A stretch of 37,803 bases of DNA from Octopus bimaculoides (lineage: Eukaryota). Below are positions 9,746 to 22,119 of the stretch, one piece after another. The first letter of the stretch is position 1. Every line of letters begins with the position of its first letter. The stretch is taken from NCBI RefSeq assembly GCF_001194135.2, contig NC_068981.1:185783228-185821030 (forward strand). The letters are read 5' to 3'. The notes below the pieces were generated by a model, which was not told the origin of the DNA, ran no database searches, and saw only the letters and a list, made by a program, of their open reading frames with translations. The position numbers and the translations under genes were made by a program.

Positions 9746-12700
9746 TCAGGAGAACGTACAAGACAGCCATTAAATACTGTGTTCCATTTTGTTAAATCTG
9801 TTACCAAAAATGGTAACAGAATGTTGTTCTCATCTGCACTAATATCAGATAAATATTAACTCCATAATCAATATACATGTGGTGATGTTTACACGCTATG
9901 CAGCTTTAATTGATATATTATTAGCGAGTCTCATTAATTATGGAGGAAATTGTACATGGTTACTAGAAGGCAACGTGGAACATCAGCGTATGGAATATAT
10001 AATCATGTTGTGTAATATTCTTGGTATTATTTATATGAGTATGTTTTGATGGTAAGCCGATTTCCTTATACGTACTTATGAAAGTATCATATACATAGAA
10101 CTTCTAATGTAAACCTGAGATATTTCTATCTACTTATGAATGTCTCAAATATTTATATCTACTTATGTAATATCATTGTTTGAAATGTAGATTTATCTGT
10201 AAATTTTCAAGCAAAATATAATTTAAGTATGATAATTGTTACGCGTGAAATAATATTTCAGAATACTTGAAATGTTCTCCAAAGAGAAACCTTTTATATA
10301 ATGAATATAAGCCATTAACCTTAATGATGTTTATGTTTCAAACATTAAATAGAATTCACAAATATATAACGATAAACGATTTGTTAATATTTATCCTATC
10401 AGAGATAAGATTTAACTGAGGCAATATTCCATAGTTTATCTCAGCTACAGGTCCAGTGCAGGAGGAAGCCAAAGGTCTCCAATCCATACTAGAAAATTGA
10501 TTATTACTTCATATTCCTATATTAGCCCCAATGTTATCCCTTTTCATCAACACTAACAACCTATATATCATAAACAATTGCGTTTTCAAATATGCAAAAA
10601 TAGTCAGATGCACAGCGATCTATTTATATGCTAAGAAGGTTGAGATAATTAATAAATTATGAAATTAAATGGAAAAAAAAGCCATCTACAATTTTTTTTT
10701 CATTTTTCCAGCAAAGAACGCTTCCAGATATGTCAGGTCTCATCTCTATACACTCTTCTTATCCTTCAACTGTATTTCATTAGTCACCATATATTCACTT
10801 GAAAAACTGATAAAAATCCCATTATTTTCAAAATTAACAAATTTATACCCCATATAGACATTACGCTTCTGGTAAAGAATATCTGAAGATGTTTCCAGTG
10901 ATTTAATCATAGTTTGGAAAACTATAATAGGATATTGATGGATAAAAAAAAATGGAGAAAATGATTTTTACACTAAATATCTGATCTCCGAACATTAGTT
11001 TCAACGCTAGTGGAAGGGCTACATCAATATAGCACCTATAAGGCTTTAGACATTCTAAAATATTATTTGTACAGTACATTCCAAAATTTAGTTACTTAAC
11101 TGACGGATAATTTATAACTAAATGTTTTATAAAATAAATCAAAGTAATTTATCAAATGTTGAATTAAATTTAACACTGTTTTAAACTATGAAATCTTTGA
11201 TTCTCTGTCAGACGTTTTCTAATTAGTCTTTCTAATCAATGAACGCTAGATTTTATTTGTATATTTTAATTTCTACATTTAGTCGTTAATGATTCAACAT
11301 GAAATAATTCTGTAATAATCGTTTTTAACAATTTCTAACTAAGCAGCTTTCTGCTGTTGGAAATAGTGTTTGAAGCAAAGTTGATATCACTTAACATCAG
11401 CAAAAATAATGTGTTTCTCTTATGAATATCAATAGAAAGATTTGACATTACAATGACCTCTACACGTCATTAACTCCAGAAGTAGAACTATTAAAGTACT
11501 CTCACATACCAGTTCTTTTACATCATCACACATATTCAGAGACACAAATACAAATCTTCCCTGATACCAGCAGTATTACTTACTTTCGATAATTCTGTAT
11601 TGTTAGTTGCGAGATGTACATCTAAAGGTTTTGGTTAAACGTCAGGCCTTTTACAAAATCTGCAAATCAGCATTGCACAAAATGGCAACTTGACAAGTCG
11701 TCTCGTTCAGCATATATCATTAAAAAAAATAAAAATTACATTGAAACCAACGCTCTGCTTATAAATACCAAGTATTATAATCACTGAATGTGCAACGTTG
11801 TGAACTTATATGCTTACTTATTTAAGGTTTGACTAGAAATTATGTGATGATTACAAAACCAGAAAACAGCTTCTTTTTCACAACAAAAGCAGAAACTCTA
11901 GTTTAAGGATATATATACATAAGATTGGGTAACTAAACTACACATTCCATACAATGCTTAAAATATACACCATTCAATCACTAATACTCTGAACTTATTT
12001 CCTTATTGTCTCCTATCTGCCTTATTTTCACCGCTTTCAGAAAACTTACATAAAACTAGAAGCATATTGTCGCTTAACTGTATATATTTACTTTATTTAC
12101 ATTAGGATGTAAATTGACTCACAAACCACAAACTCGGTTTTAAGATGTTACAATTGTATTGTCCCAAAAACTGTGTTGCGCACTTTCTTAGCATTTAACT
12201 TCACTCAGATACCAGAAAACCAGTTTAATGATTTTTAAGAAAACAATTCACGCCAAAAAGTAGCGTATAAATTCACTCATAAACGAGAAACCTAGTTTAA
12301 AGATTTTACCACAATGTTTACCGCCCAAAACTATATTGGCACTCTTTCTTAACATATAATTCGGCTTACATACCAGGAACCTATTTAAAGATGTTAAGAA
12401 AACGTTTCTCGCCAAATACACGATCTTTTGAAACAATGTAAATCTCATTCTGGTAATGTTTAACATTTTAAAAGGTAATAACCCTAAGAAATACATGCTT
12501 TCTTATACCTTTAATTCTTATTATCAATGAATAATTAAATTACAAGTTTGCTATAATCTCCCTTTAACTGCTATGATAATTAGATTTAGTAAAATTAAAA
12601 TGTAATTCGAAGAAACGAATTGACGAAATTTCGTCAAGAATACATACTTATATGTGTCATGAGATTTAATTTTATAGACGTGAGCAAAACAAAACTTTAT

Positions 12701-13214
12701 AGAAGAGATTTTGCCTGAATTCCAAAAGTGGAAATCTTTTCATCATTTGTATTAAAAGAAAATGATGATTGGTGAATCTTCACATGAAGAAGTATTTGAC
12801 CGTCGCTAACTATAAACACTTTGGTAGCCGAGACATTTGTGCTGAGATGTAAACTCGGTTGAGGACATGACATATTCTTTGGATATTCGGTGTAATTGTT
12901 GGTGCCTTGAAGCCATTAATATCAAAGGAAATTCTAAACCTATATCAATAGAATAGCAGAGGAAATGTGCCATTAAATTCGATTGCCCCAATAGAATCTC
13001 TCTTCGGATAAGAGATCAATACGAGAAAACGCTTTTATACGTTCGTATCTTTTCTTTTGATAAACGTCTGTGATGGAAGAGTAAAATCGCTAAATAAATA
13101 TATTGTTTTATGGACGTATTTCCTTATTTCTTTTCTTCTTTCTATCTCACAACCTATTTATCTAGAGATGGTACGCATGCTCGCTCGCTGTATGTGTGCG
13201 TGAACATATATAAT

Positions 13215-13900
13215 ATAAAATATATATATATATATTTATGTAGAGAGATAGAAATATATGTTATATATATAATATGTGTATGTGTGCGCGAGTGTGTAGA
13301 TGTATGCATACATCATGCATATATGGATGCAGATATGGTGTCTGTGGAAAGGAGATTGAGATACAGACCAATAGTGAGATTAACAGACATTCAGTGAGAT
13401 AGAGCAAACACACACGAGCACAAACAGCTATGTATATATATTTATTTGTGTATGTAATTATACATGTATATGTACATAACTATAAGTGTGTATGGATATA
13501 TATATATATATATATAGATAGATATATACCTGCGTGAGTGAGTGTGTGTGTGTGCTTCCCAATGCGTAGTGTTTATTCGAAATGTATGGATTGAGGAAAA
13601 TTACAATTTTTAATCTTTCTTTTCTCAAAGGATAGATTAAAGAGTTGTCAAGACGAGAATAGAAATTGTGTGACAGAATCGATTGTGACCTATTTTCCAA
13701 AGACACACACAGACACACAAACACCCATAGGTACAATCACACACACACACAAACAAACACACATATAGTATATATAAATACACATATATAGTATATATAT
13801 ATATATATATGTATGATATGTATGTGTATATATATGTATGTATGAATCTATATGTAAATATATGTACGTATGTATGTATGTATATATATATGTGTGCATG
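13215..13900. repeat. Degenerate (TA)/(TG)/(CA)/(TATG) low-complexity tracts
   Basis: Direct reading. Confidence 0.85.
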
Positions 13901-14289
13901 TGTTTGTGTGTGTCTGTGCAGTTGTTTTTAAATTGATTTATGATATCGGACTTACAGAAAAGTCTACGATAAACCAAGAGCACCATGATCTGTTTGTGTG
14001 CTGTGCATATTATAAACGAAACTATTTAGCTTTCAATCGAAATTCAGAGACGAATTGCTTACCTAAATCTACGAACGTTGCAGTTTAGTATACGGAAATG
14101 GTATATCTCTGTGAAAACGTGCGCAGTTGTATTTGATAGCTGAAAGTTATTTAGATAAGAATTAAATACGTTCTACGTGACATTATGCCTTCATCAGCAG
14201 CGCAAGGGTAAGTTATAAAATTATATATATTGTACTTAATCATAAGAACACCGGTTGTTCAGAGTCCGTATTTCATTACATGAAGATGC

Positions 14290-14492
14290 ATTTCTATATT
14301 CAAAGAGTTATTCCCCACTTCGACAGGCTGCCGGCCCGTCGCAGGTTATATTCACTTTTGTCAGCTGAGTAAATTAGAATAACATGAAATGAGGTGCTTT
14401 GCTCAAGAACACAAGGCATTACCAGGACCTGGAATCAAATCACCCATCATGCGATAATGAGCGCTGCACCTCAACTACGCGCTTCCACGCCC
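14290..14492 (-). mobile_element. tRNA-headed CORE-like SINE (family C)
   Basis: cagctgagtaaattag..acatgaaatgaggtgctttgctcaagaacacaa...ggacctggaatcaaatc (reverse complement is B-box-like gatttgattcc; ttgagcaaagcacctcatttca is CORE-like). Confidence 0.6.
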
Positions 14493-14714
14493 TTCTTTAT
14501 AATCATTGCTTACATCAGTTACAAACTTTCAAATAGTGAAGGGCATCGTTTTGAGAAATAGATTTCACGTTAGAAACTTAAATGTGTTGTTACATAAAAC
14601 GCTTGTTAAAATGTTCATCGTTAGAAAACTACATAAGAGAAACAACAACGTATATTTTAAAACAAATAGCGAGATGAGAAGACGGGTAAATAAGATATTT
14701 AAGAGGTGTTGATT

Positions 14715-14843
14715 ATATATACCCAGACAAAGACACACACATAGACAAATAAACAGACAGACATACACACATAGACACACGTACACCCATATACACACAT
14801 ACATATCTATACATACATACACACACATACATACATACATACA

Positions 14844-14875
<32 letters not shown>

Positions 14876-15210
14876 CAGGAAAGGTCCATAAATTATCTTT
14901 ACAATTTGAAAAATTCAGCAANNNNNNNNNNNNNNNNNNNNNNNNNNNNNNNNNNNNNNNNNNNNNNNNNNNNNNNNNNNNNNNNNNNNNNNNNNNNNNN
15001 NNNNNNNNNNNNNNNNNNNNNNNNNNNNNNNNNNNNNNNNNNNNNNNNNNNNNNNNNNNNNNNNNNNNNNNNNNNNNNNNNNNNNNNNNNNNNNNNNNNN
15101 NNNNNNNNNNNNNNNNNNNNNNNNNNNNNNNNNNNNNNNNNNNNNNNNNNNNNNNNNNNNNNNNNNNNNNNNNNNNNNNNNNNNNNNNNNNNNNNATATA
15201 TATATATGTT
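14715..15210. repeat. (ACAC/ATAC)n microsatellite and gap 14922-15195
   Basis: Direct reading. Confidence 0.9.
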
Positions 15211-15623
15211 CATAAAGATAAAATTGAATAGAATTACATATAAGTAGGTGTAGGAAATCATGACGTATCGCTGTAAAAATAGTGTGTAAGCCTTAATTAC
15301 ATTTTGACCATTTGCATCACATCATAATGTTTATGGATTAATGATAGTTTAAGGATTTGATTAGGCTTCTATTTTGCAGTTGTGTGTTATCTTTCGTGAT
15401 GTTATAATGTTGTTTAAAGCAAAATATAAAGTCTAATAAAGTATAATTAATGTTTTCCACAATTATTCAATTAAAAGAATTCTGTTAACTGTTACTTTCG
15501 TAGGTGTGTATTTCTTAATCTTAATTTCTTATATCCAGATAAACAAGCAACGTTTCCTCAACATCGCTTCATACTCTTTTTGTTACTAATTATACTTGAA
15601 GTTTATATTTCTGTGTATTTCAA

Positions 15624-15848
15624 TGCAGCGTGCTGGCAGAATCATGAATACGCCGGTCAAATTACTTAACGTCATTTCACCAGTCGTTAGGTTCTCTGTT
15701 CAAATTCCGCTGAGCTCGACTTCGACTTTGACTGTCGTCCTTTCGAAAGGTCAATAAAATAAATATCAGTAGAAGATTGAAGGCTGATTCGATGTCATCG
15801 ACTTCCCTCAGAAGTTGCTGGCCTAGTGCCAAAGTTTGAAACCATTAA
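15624..15848 (+). mobile_element. SINE family A
   Basis: gctggcagaatc...gttcaaattccgc...gtcctttcgaaaggtcaataaaataa...gttgctggcctagtgccaaagtttgaaaccatta. Confidence 0.8.
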
Positions 15849-15936
15849 TACTGTGTATTCCAAAAGTGCCTGATCCAACAGATCTATTTGCCATGTCTTT
15901 AGGAGAGTATACAAGTTGTAATATGTGCAACCGGTC

Positions 15937-15968
<32 letters not shown>

Positions 15969-15972
<4 letters not shown>

Positions 15973-16825
15973 GAGGGGGTACCCAAATCTAAACGGAAAT
16001 GTTGTATGTGGAACAAACCCATTGTAGTTCAGCATTCTGCCGTTAGAAGCCATGATGCAACCGTCTGCCGAGCGGTGTCGTCTAGTGCTGTCGTGCTGCC
16101 GTGCGATGCGTCTTTGTTTTGCAGTGTTTCGCTTCTCTTCGTGATGTATCGCAGGTTCGAATGACGTACTTTCGCCGAACAACGTTATTGGCTGTGTCCG
16201 TCCACTATTCATTCGTAGTGACCCAGCCTACTTGTATTCTGGGGAGGGGTGCGTCCACCACAACACTTCGTCAATTTTTACCATGGCTGACACGAAGGAA
16301 CAGAGTGTTTACGGGAATTTCTGTTTTCTACTGTGGAAAACGGTGGCCTAAACCATTGTAATGCTTCAAACTGCTTAGAAGGACGCTCCCATGAGCAAAA
16401 CACAAGTTTCCACACTTTAGGAGACCAACTTGTCGCTTGGATACCAACCTCGTTCAGGACGACCGTCCATCTCCCAAACGAATGAAAAGATCATGAAAAT
16501 CCATGATTTGCCCATAGAGGACCGTTACGAACAATTGATGAACTTGTTATAACTTGTATGTTCCGGAGCTCCTGCCAACGAATTTTGTGCATGGAATTGC
16601 GAATGAAAAAAATTGCAGTAAAATTTGTGCGTGTTATTATCGGGATCTGTTTTCGAAAGTCATCGAAATTTGCAGATGTGGATGAGGTGATGGAAAAAAC
16701 GACGGAAGCGCTGAAAGGTATCACTTCGCAAGAGTTGCAGCACTGATTCGAATAGTGGAAAATGCGCCTGGACCGATGCATTGCTTCAAATGGAGAATAC
16801 TTTGAAGGCGGTGAAAATGTAAACT
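15969..16825 (+). mobile_element. Internally deleted mariner transposon (transposase pseudogene)
   Basis: The 5' TIR-like acgagggggtacccaaa follows (TA)n. From 16283 it reads MADTKEQSVYGNFCFLLWKTVA*TIVMLQTA*KDAPMSKTQV, then QPRSGRPSISQTNEKIMKIHDL, SSCQRILCMELRMKKIAVKFV, and directly KFADVDEVMEKTTEALKGITSQELQH*FE*WKMRLDRCIASNGEYFEG. These are mariner N- and C-termini without the DD34D domain. Confidence 0.9.
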
Positions 16826-16954
16826 TATAGTAGGGTCTGGTTTACGGGCACTTCGTTTTACTATTTCTTGTAGGTGGTGGGGTATTGAATTAGCTAGTAG
16901 TATAGTATACGTTTTCCGGGATGTTGTAGAAGTATCTCGTTATAAAATTGTTAC

Positions 16955-17100
16955 ATTGGTTGTGACGTTACATCAATGGATATATTACTGTGCAGTATTC
17001 GTTCAGGTTCTTTATGTTCGAATCTCGTCGAAGTAAAATTTGCCTTTGACCGATCTGGACTGATATATAAACTATTATCCTGTACTGGGGTCAAGTAACA
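16955..17100 (+). mobile_element. Decayed SINE family A
   Basis: tatgttcgaatctcgtcgaagt..atttgcctttga...tactggggtcaa. Confidence 0.5.
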
Positions 17101-17644
17101 TTTATCCTCATTGTTTTCCTTTCTCAACCTTTCTAGAACAAACTAGCTATAAAGACCTGATGATGGTTTTAGAATGTCCAACACATTTCATATGACCCGA
17201 CGATGTCCCAGCAGTTTTATGAGATATCGATTCCCAAAGCAGAACAAGATATTTAGGAAGTATTTGTTCGTTGCACAAATAAGTCAAGTGAGTATTGATT
17301 AGAGTTCGATGCTTCTCCAAACAATGTCCTATTTATGTCCAATCGTTGTTTCCATTTTAGTTATTTCCAATGGCTTAATTCTACAATAATGACTTGAGCG
17401 CAGCATGTGGTACCTAAGTGTCGTGTTTTGTGTATTTTGTAATTGGCTGAGGAGTAGGATGACGGCTCTGATAGAATTACCATAAACCTTGGTAGATATA
17501 TTTTAGAATCACTAATATCATTATTTCTTTGGCTAAATATTGTGTATTAGAGAGATTTTACAGTTTGTTTGTGGATATATTCTCACAAGTATTTGATTTT
17601 TGTGTACGTCATATGTTATATATGTGTTATATCTAATATGTAAT

Positions 17645-18033
17645 GCGGAAGCGCAATGGCCCAGTGGTTAGGGCAGCGGACTTGCGGTCGTAGGATCGTG
17701 GTTTCGATTCCCAGACCGGGCGTCTTGAGTGTTTATTAAGCGAAAACACTTAAAGCTCAACGAGGCTCCGTCAGGGGGTGATGGCGAACCCTACTGTACA
17801 CTTTCACTACAACTCTCTCTCACTCTTCCTTCCTGTTTCTGTTATGCCTGTATTTCAAAGGGCCAGCCTTGTTACACTCTGTGTTACGCCTAATCTCCCC
17901 GAGAACTACGTTAATAGTACACGTGTCTGTGGGGTGCTCAGCCACTTGTACGTTAATTTCACGTGCAGGCTGTTCCGTTGATTGGAACAAACGGGACCCA
18001 CATCTCTTGTAACCGACTGAGTGCCGTAGTAAT
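17645..18033 (+). mobile_element. tRNA-derived SINE (family D), full length with 9-bp TSD
   Basis: Head gcggaagcgcaatggcccagtggttagggcagcggacttgcggtcg...gtttcgattccc has A box TGGCCCAGTGG and B box GTTTCGATTCC. TSD atatgtaat at 17636-17644 and 18034-18042. Confidence 0.85.
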
Positions 18034-19819
18034 ATATGTAATACTCAGTCTGTTTGTCTTATGCAAGTATTCGTGATGTTTTTGTTGTGTGAGTCATTTA
18101 CTGAAGTGGGTTAGTTGTTTATGAGAAGACGGTTGGTTGTTTACGTGGATATTTAGTATTGATTGTAATAAGAGACCTCTTACATTTACTAGATGACAGA
18201 TTTAACCTATTTTGTTTTGTTTTTAATATGTCTATATCCGATTGATATGAGATTGCAGTAGTTGATGTGTTATGAATAGGGAATCATGAAATGGCTCTTA
18301 TATATGATTACAGTAATTCTGTGTGTATGGTCCTAGAATATTTAAAATGTTTGTTGTCGCTAGAATACTAACTGGTTTCATATTGAATTGACTTCAAATA
18401 TGTCACCTTGACATGTTGATTTCCCTGGCTGCTGTTGACTTATCTGTAAGAGAATGCAGTTTTCTTGCATGAATCACATGTGTCTATTTTAGTTTAACCA
18501 CGTTTAACTGATTCTTGTTTGTTCATTAAAAATAATCGATCTTCTATGTCAATACTATTCACCAGAACACAATACAAATAAACAAAAATATCTTCGATTA
18601 TTATTTCGATTTGAATGTTTAAGATGGCGTAATGATTCAATATGCGCAACTGTACGGGGAAATAAAGTGTTGTTACGTGAAGTCATTAGCTATAATATGA
18701 TGTTTTTCTTCTTAATCTAAATTATATATCCATAATTATTCTTAATTCGGATACAGTCTGTGATATTAAACCACAAATATATTGGCACACATCATTACTA
18801 TTCCCAGACAACGACTGAACTCTTTCCTTTTCGATCCAGCCCATAGGAATAATCGCCAATCCTCTCTCAAATCATAGCCTATCGTTATAAAGGAAGGATG
18901 TAATTGAAAATGTGGGTCTACGCACATAATGTCTAAAGGAACGATGGAGCGCATTTGAATGTAAATCTACTCTAACCATTTTAATCTGGCATTGAATAAG
19001 AAAACAACAACAATATATTGATAATATAACTAACAAAAAGAAAATAGTGTAAAAAACAGAAGAGCATATCCTGCTCCAGTATGTTATTCATAGAGATAGT
19101 TTCACCAGTATTTGAAACCTGAGGTATTGGATCAATATCATACTTCCGGCAAAAGCATAAACTGCGCAATCATATACGGGTAGAGAATGAATGGGGAACA
19201 ATGTCAACAGATACACCATTCCATTTCGCACTAAACGTACTGAAAAGACCCATCAATCAGAAAATTTAGAAGATCACGTGATGGAACAGTAACGAAAAGA
19301 ATAACAGAAGAAGAAAGGAAATAATTTAAAGGGTTTAAAACAAAATTAAATAGTATACCAAATTTCATGTATCTATAAATTCATAAACATACGAAGCTGC
19401 TCACAAACATGTATGCATAGAGAAATATATTTAGAAATGTATTGAGAAATGTATTCACAGATATACAACTATAGGCAAGTATATATACGTATGTGAAAGC
19501 GCTTTATGTATATGCATACGTAAAAATCGCTAAATAGCTGGTGAAGTATAGATTAATGCATTCACATGGGGCATCAAATTTACTTTTACACACACGCGCA
19601 TGCATGCACAAACACGCACTCATAGATACACCCCCATCCAGACACCCACATTATATAATATGCTGCCTTGTCAGTTTTTTCGCCTTTCATGTATTATTCT
19701 ATTTTTTAGTCCGTTATGACATGTGGTTTGCCCCTGAAGAATGTTTGAGGTTTCTAAATATATGAAACTATTAGTAGCGCTTTAATACACGTATTGTGCC
19801 CTTTAAATAAGTAATATAC

Positions 19820-20307
19820 ATATATGCATGCATGTATATTATATATATGTATATATATATNNNNNNNNNNNNNNNNNNNNNNNNNNNNNNNNNNNNNNNN
19901 NNNNNNNNNNNNNNNNNNNNNNNNNNNNNNNNNNNNNNNNNNNNNNNNNNNNNNNNNNNNNNNNNNNNNNNNNNNNNNNNNNNNNNNNNNNNNNNNNNNN
20001 NNNNNNNNNNNNNNNNNNNNNNNNNNNNNNNNNNNNNNNNNNNNNNNNNNNNNNNNNNNNNNNNNNNNNNNNNNNNNNNNNNNNNNNNNNNNNNNNNNNN
20101 NNNNNNNNNNNNNNNNNNNNNNNNNNNNNNNNNNNNNNNNNNNNNNNNNNNNNNNNNNNNNNNNNNNNNNNNNNNNNNNNNNNNNNNNNNNNNNNNNNNN
20201 NNNNNNNNNNNNNNNNNNNNNNNNNNNNNNNNNNNNNNNNNNNNNNNNNNNNNNNNNNNNNNNNNNNNNNNNNNNNNNNNNNNNNNNNNNNNNNNNNNNN
20301 NNNNNNN

Positions 20308-20350
<43 letters not shown>

Positions 20351-20370
20351 GTATGTATGTATACATATAT
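19820..20370. repeat. (TA)n microsatellite spanning gap 19861-20307
   Basis: Direct reading. Confidence 0.9.
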
Positions 20371-20515
20371 AAGATGGCTTTCACTCAGTGTCCATCAATC
20401 AAATTCACTGAAAAGGCATAAACAGATCCGGTGCTAATTGGGAGATACTTGCCCAAGTGCAACGCATTGACGCTCATCCCGGAACCAGATAATTGCAACG
20501 CAGCCTCTTATTTAG
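20365..20515 (-). mobile_element. Decayed SINE family B, 5' half
   Basis: ggctttcactcagtgtcc..atcaaattcactgaaaaggc...gatacttgcccaagtgcaacgca...cccggaacca. Confidence 0.55.
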
Positions 20516-20944
20516 ACACTCAAAACTGAACAAAATGTACTCTTTGTTTTTTACGTTTTGGATCCCAGGTGGACTATGAACAGGGAAAACATTTAAACAA
20601 AAGTATCCATGAATTTACAATTCCTACCATGTGTCCTGAATAACATCTATATATGACGTGACCTGGGAGGCACACACAAACCAAAGACACGCCAAATGTC
20701 AATTTCTATTCTCTTTTTGCTTTTCTCTATATTAGTTTGTCTCTACCTATTTTTTATTTACTTTTACCTGCCTTTTTTTTTTCGTATTATAGGTTCATTC
20801 GTTTAATATGGAATATCGTCATCTGCATGTTCATAGTTTTTTTATAATCCGGAACAATGCCAAATAAACATCCGTCACAGAAGGACATGCACGCACGTAT
20901 ATCAACGATGTGATGTTCGTCATAATGCATTTCTCGGACACACT

Positions 20945-21670
20945 AACACACACACACACACAAATGTGTGTATGTGTGTGTGTGTGTGTGAATGTGCGTG
21001 TGTATGCGCTACATATCTAGATGTACTTGTACATGACTAACGTATATAATTTTAAATATCCATCAGGCACAGTATTATCACAAACTATTTATTTGTTCTC
21101 ATACGCGAGCAAATGCGAACTCTGTTTCTCACAAGCACACACAGACACACACATACAGGTATTCACACAAACGCACGCGCACACACACATACACATACAC
21201 GCTCATATACACATTTTTCGCAATCCGTGTATCTGTCTGTTTGACTGTCAGTCTGCCTCTGTGAATGGTGTTCATATATANNNNNNNNNNNNNNNNNNNN
21301 NNNNNNNNNNNNNNNNNNNNNNNNNNNNNNNNNNNNNNNNNNNNNNNNNNNNNNNNNNNNNNNNNNNNNNNNNNNNNNNNNNNNNNNNNNNNNNNNNNNN
21401 NNNNNNNNNNNNNNNNNNNNNNNNNNNNNNNNNNNNNNNNNNNNNNNNNNNNNNNNNNNNNNNNNNNNNNNNNNNNNNNNNNNNNNNNNNNNNNNNNNNN
21501 NNNNNNNNNNNNNNNNNNNNNNNNNNNNNNNNNNNNNNNNNNNNNNNNNNNNNNNNNNNNNNNNNNNNNNNNNNNNNNNNNNNNNNNNNNNNNNNNNNNN
21601 NNNNNNNNNNNNNNNNNNNNNNNNNNNNNNNNNNNTATATATATGTATATATATATACATATAAACATAC
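20945..21670. repeat. (CA)/(TG)/(TA) tracts and gap 21281-21635
   Basis: Direct reading. Confidence 0.85.
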
Positions 21671-22119
21671 AATATTTCCTTAGTTGTCTCGTTGTTTCGC
21701 TTTCCAATAGTACATGTGTGTATGTGTGGTTTTTCATAATATTCAATAAATTTGTGTTCCGTTTCCGAAATTGCAATATTCAATTTCCATATTTCATCCT
21801 GTGCAAGATAATTTTAAATTTCCTTTCGAATGCCTTCGTTTCCGAGGGGAGCCTTCCGCTAAATGTGACACATACTACGTTAAGTGTCTTTTAAAATTCG
21901 CACCTATTTAATAGTAATGGACTATTCCTAATTTCCTCCCACTAATTTTTGATAGACAATGGTTGAGTATTCCGATGTGAATTGATTCCTTCTCTTTCCT
22001 TCCATAATCTTTAACTCTAATCCTAGCTGGATTTATCATCATAATTCTAGTCAATAACAAACAGTTACCAATCCATTCCAGAAGCAGCTCGGTTGTCAAG
22101 CTGAAATATTACCATTAAT

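Noticed and set aside
13630-13735. Plus-strand exon after a strong polypyrimidine acceptor (DRLKSCQDENRNCV...)
   Set aside because: It runs into a CA microsatellite with only a weak donor; no recognisable product.
17645-17720. tRNA gene
   Set aside because: A and B boxes are present, but acceptor and anticodon stems do not pair well, and the sequence continues into a ~390-bp body bounded by a TSD. It is a SINE head.
20569-20880. Two plus-strand acceptors (VDYEQGKHL...; FIRLIWNIVIC...)
   Set aside because: Short frames ending in stops, no donors and no homology recognised; T-rich tracts before AG are common here.
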